Shown: piece after piece, positions 1 to 12,098 of the stretch
Position numbering within the stretch: position 1 is the stretch's first letter
How the letters are laid out: each line of letters begins with the position of its first letter
Origin: the human T2T-CHM13v2.0 reference genome, Homo sapiens
NCBI RefSeq assembly: GCF_009914755.1
Contig: NC_060925.1
Direction: 5' to 3' (one strand)
DNA: 64,000 bases
Program-made: the position numbers and the translations under genes
The notes under the pieces: generated by a model
Told to the model about the DNA's origin: nothing
Seen by the model: only the letters and a program-made list of their open reading frames with translations
Databases searched by the model: none

Positions 1-3000
1 TTGGTATTGAATGGAATTGTCATCAAATGGAATTCAAAGGAATCATCATCAAATGGAACCGAATGGAATCCTGATTGAATGGAAATGACAGGGGTCATCA
101 TCTGATGGAATCGCATGGAATCATCATCAAATGGAATCGAATGGAATCATCATCAAATGGAATCTAATGGAATCATTGAACAGAATTGAATGGAATCGTC
201 ATCGAATGAATTGAATGCAATCATCGAATGGTCTCGAATGGAATCATCTTCTAATGGAAAGGAATGGAATCATCGCATAGAATCGAATGGAATTAACATT
301 GAATGGACTCGAATGGAATCAACATCAAATGAAATCAAGCGGAATTATCGAATGAAATCGAAGAGAATCATCGAATGGACTCGAATGGAATCATCTAATG
401 GAATGGAATGGAATAATCCACGGACTCGAATGCAATCATCATTGTATAGAATCGAATGGAATCATCGAATGGACTCGAATGGAATAACCATTGAACGGAA
501 TAGAATGGAATCATCATCGGAAGGAAACGAATGGAATCATCATCGAATGGAAATGTAAGGAGTCATCATCTAATGGAATTGCATGGAATCATCATAAAAT
601 GGAATCGAATGGAATCATCATCAAATGGAATCAAATGGAATCATTGAACGGAATTGAATGGAATCGTCATCGAATGAATTGAATGCAATCATCGAATGGT
701 CTCGAATGGAATCATCTTCAAATGGAATGGAATGGAATCATCGCATAGAATCGAATGGAATTATCATCGAATGGAATCGAATGGTATCAACATCAAACGG
801 AAAAAAACGGAATTATCGAATGGAATCGAAGAGAATCTTCGAACGGACCCGAAAGGAATCATCTAATGGAATGGAATGGAATAATCCATGGACTCGAATG
901 CAATCATCATCGAATGGAATCGAATGGAATCATTGAATGGACTCGAATGGAATAATCATTGAACGGAATCGAATGGAATCATCATCGGATGGAAATGAAT
1001 GGAATCATCATCGAATGGAATCGAATAGAATTATGGAATGAAATCCAGTGTGATCATCATCGAATGGACCCGAATGGAATCATCATCCAACGGAAGCTAA
1101 TGGAATCAACATCGAATGAATCGAATGGAAACACCATCGAATTGAAACGAATGGAATTATCATGAAATTGAAATGGATGGACTCATCATCGAATGGATTC
1201 GAATGGAATCATCGAATAAAATTGATTGAAATCATCATCGAATGGAATCGAATGGTATCATTGAATGGAATCGAATGGAATCGTCATCAGATGGAAATGA
1301 ATGGAATCGTCATAGAATGGAATCGAATGGATTCATTGAATAGAATCAGATGGAATCATCGAATGGACTGGAATGGAATCATTGAATGGACTCGAAAGGG
1401 ATCATTATTGAATGGAATTGAATGGAATCATCGAATGGTCTCGATTGGAATCATTATCAAATGGAATCGAATGGAATCACCGAATAGAATCGAATGGAAC
1501 AATCATCGAATGGACTCAAATGGAATTATCCTCAAATGGAATCGAATGGAATTATCGAATGCAATCGAATGGAATTATAGAATGCAATCGAATAGAATCA
1601 TCGAAAGGACTCGAATGGAATCATCGAATGGAATGGAATGGAACAGTCAATGAACTCGAATGGAATCATCATTGAATGGAATCGAATGGAATCATCGAGT
1701 GGAATCGAATGGAATTATGATGAAATGGAATCGAATGTAATCATCATCAAATGGAATCAAAAATAACCATCATCAATTGGTATTGAATGGAATTGTCATC
1801 AAATGGAATTCAAAGGAATCATCATCAAATGGAACCGAATGGAAGCCTCATTGAATGGAAATGAAAGGGGTCATCATCTAATGGAATCGCATGGAATCAT
1901 CATCAAATGGAATCGAATGGAATCATCATCAAATGGAATCTAATGGAATCATTGAACAGAATTGAATGGAATCGTCATCGAATGAATTGAATGCAATCAT
2001 CGAATGGTCTCGAATGGAATCATCTTCTAATGGAAAGGAATGGAATCATCGCATAGAATCGAATGGAATTATCATCGAATGGAATCGAATGGTATCAACA
2101 CCAAACGGAAAAAAACGGAATTATCGAATGGAATCGAAGAGAATCTTCGAACGGACCCGAATTTAATGATCTAATGGAATGGAATGGAATAATCCATGGA
2201 CTCGAATGCAATCATCATCGAATGGAATCGAATGGAATCATCGAATGGACTCGAATGAAATAATCATTGAACGGAATCGAATGGAATCATCATCGGATGG
2301 AAACGAATGGAATCATCATCCAATGGAAATGAAAGGAGTCATCATCTAATGGAATTGCATGGAATCATCATAAAATGGAATCGAATGGAATCACCATCAA
2401 ATGGAATCAAATGGAATAATTGAACGGAATTGAATGGAATCGTCATCGAATGAATTGAATGCAATCATCGAATGGTCTAGAATTGAATCATCTTCAAATG
2501 GAATGGAATGGAATCATCGCATAGAATCGAATGGAAGTATCATCGAATGGAATCGAATGGAATCAACATCAAACGGAAAAAAACGGAATTATCGAATGGA
2601 ATCGAAGAGAATCATCGAATGGACCCGAATGGAATCATCTAATGGAATGGAATGGAATAATCCATGGACTCGAATGCAATCATCATCGAATGGAATCGAA
2701 TGGAATCATCGAATGGACTCGAATGGAATAATCATTGAACGGAATCGAATGGAATCATCATCGGATGGAAATGAATGGAATCATCATCGAATGGAATCGA
2801 ATAGAATTATGGAATGAAATCCAGTGTGATCATCATCGAATGGACCCGAATGGAATCATCATTCAACGGAAGCTAATGGAATCAACATCGAATGAATCGA
2901 ATGGAAACACCATCGAATTGAAACGAATGGAATTATCATGAAATTGAAATGGATGGACTCATCATCGAATGGATTCGAATGGAATCATCGAATAAAATTG

Positions 3001-3770
3001 ATTGAAATCATCATCCAATGGAATCGAATGGTATCATTGAATGGAATCGAATGGAATCATCATCAGATGGAAATGAATGGAATCGTCATAGAATGGAATC
3101 GAATGGATTCATTGAATGGAATCAGATGGAATCATCGAATGGACTGGAATGGAATCATTGAATGGACTCGAAAGGGATCATGATTGAATGGAATTGAATG
3201 GAATCATCGAATGGTCTCGATTGGAATCATTAACAAATGGAATCGAATGGAATCACCGAATAGAATCGAATGGAACAATCATCGAATGGACTCAAATGGA
3301 ATTATCCTCCAATGGAATCGAATGGAATTATCGAATGCAATCGAATGGAATTATCGAATGCAATCGAATAGAATCATCGAATGGACTCGAATGGAATCAT
3401 CGAATGGAATGGAATGGAACAGTCAAGGAACTCGAATGGAATCATCATTGAATGGAATCGAATGGAATCATCGAGTGGAATCGAATGGAAATATGATCAA
3501 ATGGAATCGAATATAATCATCATCAAATGGAATCAAAAATAACCATCATTAATTGGTATTGAATGGAATTCTCATCAAATGGAATTCAAAGGAATCATCA
3601 TCAAATGGAACTGAATGGAATCCTCATTGAATGGAAATGAAAGGGGTCATCATCTAATGGAATCGCATGGAATCATCATCAAATGGAATCGAATGGAATC
3701 ATCATCAAATGGAATCTGATGGAATCATTGAACAGAATTGAATGGAATCGTCATCGAATGAATTGAATGC

Positions 3771-4064
3771 AATCATCGAATGGTCTCGAATGTAATCACA
3801 TTCTAATGGAAAGGAATGGAATCATCGCATAGAATCGAATGGAATTAACATTGAATGGACTCGAATGGAATCAACATCAAACGGAATCAAGCGGAATTAT
3901 CGAATGGAATCGAAGAGAATCATCGAATGGTCTCGAATGGAATCATCTTCTAATGGAAAGGAATGGAATCATCGCATAGAATCGAATGGAATTAACATTG
4001 AATGGACTCGAATGGAATCAACATCAAATGGAATCAAGCGGAATTATCGAATGAAATCGAAGAG
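3771..4064 (+). repeat. 147-bp internal tandem duplication (makes a 1923-bp unit)
   Basis: aatcatcgaatggtctcg starts at 3771 and 3918. The segment ...attaacattg...atcaagcgg...gaagag is present twice. Confidence 0.9.
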
Positions 4065-7000
4065 AATCATCGAATGGACTCGAATGGAATCATCTAATGG
4101 AATGGAATGGAATAATCCACGGACTCGAATGCAATCATCATTGTATAGAATCGAATGGAATCATCGAATGGACTCGAATGGAATAAACATTGAACGGAAT
4201 AGAATGGAATCATCATCGGAAGGAAACGAATGGAATCATCATCGAATGGAAATGTAAGGAGTCATCATCTAATGGAATTGCATGGAATCATCATAAAATG
4301 GAATCGAATGGAATCATCATCAAATGGAATCAAATGGAATCATTGAACGGAATTGAATGGAATCGTCATCGAATGAATTGAATGCAATCATCGAATGGTC
4401 TCGAATGGAATCATCTTCAAATGGAATGGAATGGAATCATCGCATAGAATCGAATGGAATTATCATCGAATGGAATCGAATGGAATCAACATCAAACGGA
4501 AAAAAACGGAATTATCGAATGGAATCGAAGAGAATCTTCGAACGGACCCGAAAGGAATCATCTAATGGAATGGAATGGAATAATCCATGGACTCGAATGC
4601 AATCATCATCGAATGGAATCGAATGGAATCATTGAATGGACTCGAATGGAATAATCATTGAACGGAATCGAATGGAATCATCATCGGATGGAAATGAATG
4701 GAATCATCATCGAATGGAATCGAATAGAATTATGGAATGAAATCCAGTGTGATCATCATCGAATGGACCCGAATGGAATCATCATCCAACGGAAGCTAAT
4801 GGAATCAACATCGAATGAATCGAATGGAAACACCATCGAATTGAAACGAATGGAATTATCATGAAATTGAAATGGATGGACTCATCATCGAATGGATTCG
4901 AATGGAATCATCGAATAAAATTGATTGAAATCATCATCGAATGGAATCGAATGGTATCATTGAATGGAATCGAATGGAATCGTCATCAGATGGAAATGAA
5001 TGGAATCGTCATAGAATGGAATCGAATGGATTCATTGAATAGAATCAGATGGAATCATCGAATGGACTGGAATGGAATCATTGAATGGACTCGAAAGGGA
5101 TCATTATTGAATGGAATTGAATGGAATCATCGAATGGTCTCGATTGGAATCATTAACAAATGGAATCGAATGGAATCACCGAATAGAATCGAATGGAACA
5201 ATCATCGAATGGACTCAAATGGAATTATCCTCAAATGGAATCGAATGGAATTATCGAATGCAATCGAATGGAATTATCGAATGCAATCGAATAGAATCAT
5301 CGAAAGGACTCGAATGGAATCATCGAATGGAATGGAATGGAACAGTCAATGAACTCGAATGGAATCATCATTGAATGGAATCGAATGGAATCATCGAGTG
5401 GAATCGAATGGAATTATGATCAAATGGAATCGAATGTAATCATCATCAAATGGAATCAAAAATAACCATCATCAATTGGTATTGAATGGAATTGTCATCA
5501 AATGGAATTCAAAGGAATCATCATCAAATGGAACCGAATGGAATCCTCATTGAATGGAAATGAAAGGGGTCATCATCTAATGGAATCGCATGGAATCATC
5601 ATCAAATGGAATCGAATGGAATCATCATCAAATGGAATCTAATGGAATCATTGAAAAGAATTGAATGGAATCATCATCGAATGAATTGAATGCAATCATC
5701 GAAAGGTCTCGAATGGAATCATCTTCTAATGGAAAGGAATGGAATCATCGCATAGAATCGAATGGAATTATCATCGAATGGAATCGAATGGTATCAACAC
5801 CAAACGGAAAAAAACGGAATTATCGAATGGAATCGAAGAGAATCTTCGAACGGACCCGAATTTAATGATCTAATGGAATGGAATGGAATAATCCATGGAC
5901 TCGAATGCAATCATCATCGAATGGAATCGAATGGAATCATCGAATGGACTCGAATGGAATAATCATTGAACGGAATCGAATGGAATCATCATCGGATGGA
6001 AACGAATGGAATCATCATCGAATGGAAATGAAAGGAGTCATCATCTAATGGAATTGCATGGAATCATCATAAAATGGAATCGAATGGAATCAACATCAAA
6101 TGGAATCAAATGGAATCATTGAACGGAATTGAATGGAATCGTCATCGAATGAATTGAATGCAATCATCGAATGGTCTCGAATGGAATCATCTTCACATGG
6201 AATGGAATGGAATCATCGCATAGAATCGAATGGAATTATCATCGAATGAAATCGAATGGAATCAACATCAAACGGAAAAAAACGGAATTATCGAATGGAA
6301 TCGAAGAGAATCATCGAATGGACCCGAATGGAATCATCTAATGGAATGGAATGGAATAATCCATGGACTCGAATGCAATCATCATCGAATGGAATCGAAT
6401 GGAATCATCGAATGGACTCGAATGGAATAATCATTGAACGGAATCGAATGGAATCATCATCGGATGGAAATGAATGGAATCATCATCGAATGGAATCGAA
6501 TAGAATTATGGAATGAAATCCAGTGTGATCATCATCGAATGGACCCGAATGGAATCATCATCCAACGGAAGCTAATGGAATCAACATCGAATGAATCAAA
6601 TGGAAACACCATCGAATTGAAACGAATGGAATTACCATGAAATTGAAATGGATGGACTCATCATCAAATGGATTCGAGTGGAATCATCGAATAAAATTGA
6701 TTGAAATCATCATCAAATGGAATCGAATGGTATCATTGAATGGAATCGAATGGAATCATCATCAGATGGAAATGAAAGGAATCGTCATAGAATGGAATTG
6801 AATGGATTCATTGAATGGAATCAGATGGAATCATTGAATGGACTGGAATGGAATCATTGAATGGACTCGAAAGGGATCATTATTGAATGGAATTGAATGG
6901 AATCATCGAATGGTCTCGATTGGAATCATTATCAAATGGAATCGAATGGAATCACCAAATAGAATCGAATGGAACAATCATCGAATGGACTCAAATGGAA

Positions 7001-7440
7001 TTATCCTCAAATGGAATTGAATGGAATTGTCGAATGCAATCGAATGGAATTATCGAATGCAATCGAATAGAATCATCGAATGGACTCGAATGGAATCATC
7101 GAATGGAATGGAATGGAACAGTCAATGAACTCGAATGGAATCATCATTGAATGGAATCGAATGGAATCATCGAGTGGAATCGAATGGAATTATGATCAAA
7201 TGGAATCGAATGTAATCATCATCAAATGGAATCAAAAATAACCATCATCAATTGGTATTGAATGGAATTCTCATCAAATGGAATTCAAAGGAATCATCAT
7301 CAAATGGAACCGAAGGGTATCCTCATTGAATGGAAATGAAAGGGGTCATCATCTAATGGAATCGCATGGAATCATCATCAAATGGAATCGAATGGAATCA
7401 ACATCAAATGGAATCAAATGGAGTCATTGAACGGAATTGA

Positions 7441-8748
7441 ATGGAATCGTCATCGAATGAATTGAATGCAATCATCGAATGGTCTCGAATGGAATCATCT
7501 TCAAATGGAATGGAATGGAATCATCACATACAATCGAATGGAATTATCATCGAATGGAATCGAATGGAATCAACATCAAACGGAAAAAAACGGAATTATC
7601 GAATGGAATCGAAGAGAATCATCGAATGGACCCGAATGGAATCATCTAATGGAATGGAATGGAATAATCCATGGACTCGAATGCAATCATCATCGAATGG
7701 AATCGAATGGAATCATCGAATGGACTCGAATGGAATAATCATTGAACGGAATCGAATGGAATCATCATCGGATGGAAACGAATGGAATCATCATCGAATG
7801 GAATCGAATAGATTTATGGAATGAAATCCAGTGTGATCATCATCGAATGGACCCGAATGGAATCATCATCCAACGGAAGCTAATGAAATCAACATCGAAT
7901 GAATCAAATGGAAACACCATCGAATTGAAACGAATGGAATTACCATGAAATTGAAATGGATGGACTCATCATCAAATGGATTCGAATGGAATCATCGAAT
8001 AAAATTGATTGAAATCATCATCGAATGGAATCGAATGGTATCATTGAATGGAATCGAATGGAATCATCATCAGATGGAAATGAATGGAATCGTCATAGAA
8101 TGGAATCGAATGGATTCATTGAATGGAATCAGATGGAATCATTGAATGGACTGGAATGGAATCATTGAATGGACTCGAAAGGGATCATGATTGAATGGAA
8201 TTGAATGGAATCATGGAATGGTCTCGATTGGAATCATTATCAAATGGAATCGAATGGAATCACCGAATAGAATCGAATGGAACAATCATCGAATGGACTC
8301 AAATGGAATTATCCTCAAATGGAATCGAATGGAATTATCGAATGCAATCGAATGGAATTATCGAATGCAATCGAATAGAATCATCGAAAGGACTCGAATG
8401 GAATCATCGAATGGAATGGAATGGAACAGTCAATGAACTCGAATGGAATCATCATTGAATGGAATCGAATGGAATCATCGAGTGGAATCGAATGGAATTA
8501 TGATCAAATGGAATCGAATGTAATCATCATCAAATGGAATCAAAAATAACCATCATCAATTGGTATTGAATGGAATTGTCATCAAATGGAATTCAAAGGA
8601 ATCATCATCAAATGGAACCGAATGGAATCCTCATTGAATGGAAATGAAAGGGGTCATCATCTAATGGAATCGCATGGAATCATCATCAAATGGAATCGAA
8701 TGGAATCATCATCAAATGGAATCTAATGGAATCATTGAAAAGAATTGA
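7441..8748 (+). repeat. 1308-bp short unit lacking one 468-bp module
   Basis: Module starts 6133, 7441, 8749 are each 1308 apart. The A-type leader (ggggtcatc...atcgcatgg) runs directly into B-type sequence (aatcaacatcaaatggaatcaaatgg) near 7390. Confidence 0.88.
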
Positions 8749-9880
8749 ATGGAATCATCATCGAATGAATTGAATGCAATCATCGAATGGTCTCGAATGG
8801 AATCATCTTCTAATGGAAAGGAATGGAATCATCGCATAGAATCGAATGGAATTATCATCGAATGGAATCGAATGGTATCAACACCAAACGGAAAAAAACG
8901 GAATTATCGAATGGAATCGAAGAGAATCTTCGAACGGACACGAATGGAATCATCTAATGGAATGGAATGGAATAATCCATGGACTCGAATGCAATCATCA
9001 TCGAATGGAATCGAATGGAATCATCGAATGGACTCGAATGGAATAATCATTGAACGGAATCGAATGGAATCATCAACGGATGGAAACGAATGGAATCATC
9101 ATCGAATGGAAATGAAAGGAGTCATCATCTAATGGAATTGCATGGAATCATCATAAAATGGAATCGAATGGAATCAACATCAAATGGAATCAAATGGAAT
9201 CATTGAACGGAATTGAATGGAATCGTCATCGAATGAATTGAATGCAATCATCGAATGGTCTCGAATGGAATCATCTTCAAATGGAATGGAATGGAATCAT
9301 CGCATAGAATCGAATGGAATTATCATCGAATGGAATCGAATGGAATCAACATCAAACGGAAAAAAACGGAATTATCGAATGGAATCGAAGAGAATCATCG
9401 AATGGACCCGAATGGAATCATCTAATGGAATGGAATGGAATAATCGATGGACTCGAATGCAATCATCATCGAATGGAATCGAATGGAATCATTGAATGGA
9501 CTCGAATGGAATAATCATTGAACGGAATCGAATGGAATCATCATCGGATGGAAATGAATGGAATCATCATCGAATGGAATCGAATAGAATTATGGAATGA
9601 AATCCAGTGTGATCATCATCGAATGGACCCGAATGGAATCATCATCCAACGGAAGCTAATGGAATCAACATCGAATGAATCAAATGGAAACACCATCGAA
9701 TTGAAACGAATGGAATTACCATGAAATTGAAATGGATGGACTCATCATCAAATGGATTCGAGTGGAATCATCGAATAAATTGATTGAAATCATCATCGAA
9801 TGGAATCGAATGGTATCATTGAATGGAATCGAATGGAATCATCATCAGATGGAATCTAATGGAATCATTGAAAGAATTGA
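8749..9880 (+). repeat. Truncated 1132-bp unit (642-bp deletion plus two 1-bp deletions)
   Basis: Junction catcagatggaa|tctaatgg at ~9846-9860 joins positions 642 bp apart in an intact unit (8071 vs 8713). A4 runs are reduced to A3 at 9777 and 9871. Confidence 0.85.
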
Positions 9881-12098
9881 ATGGAATCATCATAGAATGA
9901 ATTGAATGCAATCATCGACTGGTCTCGAATGGAATCATCTTCTAATGGAAAGGAATGGAATCATCGCATAGAATCGAATGGAATTATCATCGAATGGAAT
10001 CGAATGGTATCAACACCCAACGGAAAAAAACGGAATTATCGAATGGAATCGAAGAGAATCTTCGAACGGACCCGAATGGAATCATCTAATGGAATGGAAT
10101 GGAATAATCCATGGACTCGAATGCAATCATCATCGAATGGAATCGAATGGAATCATCGAATGGACTCGAATGGAATAATCATTGAACGGAATCGAATGGA
10201 ATCATCATCGGATGGAAACGAATGGAATCATCATCGAATGGAAATGAAAGGAGTCATCATCTAATGGAATTGCATGGAATCATCATAAAATGGAATCGAA
10301 TGGAATCAACATCAAATGGAATCAAATGGAATCATTGAACGGAATTGAATGGAATCGTCATCGAATGAATTGAATGCAATCATCGAATGGTCTCGAATGG
10401 AATCATCTTCAAATGGAATGGAATGGAATCATCGCATAGAATCGAATGGAATTATCATCGAATGGAATCGAATGGAATCAACATCAAACGGAAAAAAACG
10501 GAATTATCGAATGGAATCGAAGAGAATCATCGAATGGACCCGAATGGAATCATCTAATGGAATGGAATGGAATAATCCATGGACTCGAATGCAATCATCA
10601 TCGAATGGAATCGAATGGAATCATCGAATGGACTCGAATGGAATAATCATTGAACGGAATCGAATGGAATCATCATCGGATGGAAATGAAAGGAGTCATC
10701 ATCTAATGGAATTGCATGGAATCATCATAAAATGGAATCGAATGGAATCAACATCAAATGGAATCAAATGGAATCATTGAACGGAATTGAATGGAATCGT
10801 CATCGAATGAATTGAATGCAATCATCGAATGGTCTCGAATGGAATCATCTTCAAATGGAATGGAATGGAATCATCGCATAGAATCGAATGGAATTATCAT
10901 CGAATGGAATCGAATGGAATCAACATCAAACGGAAAAAAACGGAATTATCGAATGGAATCGAAGAGAATCATCGAATGGACCCGAATGGAATCATCTAAT
11001 GGAATGGAATGGAATAATCCATGGACTCGAATGCAATCATCATCGAATGGAATCGAATGGAATCATCCAATGGACTCGAATGGAATAATCATTGAACGGA
11101 ATCGAATGGAATCATCATCGGATGGAAATGAATGGAATCATCATCGAATGGAATCGAATAGAATTATGGAATGAAATCCAGTGTGATCATCATCGAATGG
11201 ACCCGAATGGAATCATCATCCAACGGATGCTAATGGAATCAACATCGAATGAATCAAATGGAAACACCATCGAATTGAAACGAATGGAATTACCATGAAA
11301 TTGAAATGGATGGACTCATCATCGAATGGATTTGAAAGGAATCATCGAATAAAATTGATTGAAATCATCATCGAATGGAATCGAATGGTATCATTGAATG
11401 GAATCGAATGGAATCATCATCAGATGGAAATGAATGGAATCGTCATAGAATGGAATCGAATGGATTCATTGAATGGAATCAGATGGAATCATCGAATGGA
11501 CTGGAATGGAATCATTGAATGGACTCGAAAGAGATCATGATTGAATGGAATTGAATGGAATCATCGAATGGTCTCGATTGGAATCATTATCAAATGGAAT
11601 CGAATGGAATCACCGAATAGAATCGAATGGAACAATCATCGAATGGACTCAAATGGAATTATCCTCCAATAGAATCGAATGGAATTATCGAATGCAATCG
11701 AATGGAATTATCGAATGCAAACGAATAGAATCATCGAATGGACTCGAATGGAATCATCGAATGGAATGGAATGGAACAGTCAATGAACTCGAATGGAATC
11801 ATCATTGAATGGAATCGAATGGAATCATCGAGTGGAATCGAATGGAATTATGATCAAATGGAATCGAATGTAATCATCATCAAATGGAATAAAAAATAAC
11901 CATCATCAATTGCTATTGAATGGAATTGTCATCAAATGGAATTCAAAGGAATCATCATCAAATGGAACCGAATGGAATCCTGATTGAATGGAAATGACAG
12001 GGGTCATCATCTGATGGAATCGCATGGAATCATCATCAAATGGAATCGAATGGAATCATCATCAAATGGAATCTAATGGAATCATTGAACAGAATTGA
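9881..12098 (+). repeat. Isolated 2218-bp unit (468 + 442 + 1308)
   Basis: Module starts 9881, 10349, 10791, 12099. The 442-bp junction cggatggaaatgaaaggagtc lies at ~10677-10697. Confidence 0.88.

Noticed and set aside
190-657. 468 = 18x26 and 442 = 17x26, suggesting a pure 26-mer array
   Set aside because: The modules contain irregular shorter elements and pentamer runs, so the exact multiple is probably coincidental. Only the 26-bp difference between them is supported.
795-812. cggaaaaaaacggaa as a retro-insertion poly(A) with target duplication
   Set aside because: It is only A7, present in every module, and aligns without length change to ggaatcaagcgg in the X variant.
3771-4064. 147-bp duplication equals nucleosome core length
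   Set aside because: It is a single event, and its length is explained by the spacing of the aatcatcgaatgg microhomology.
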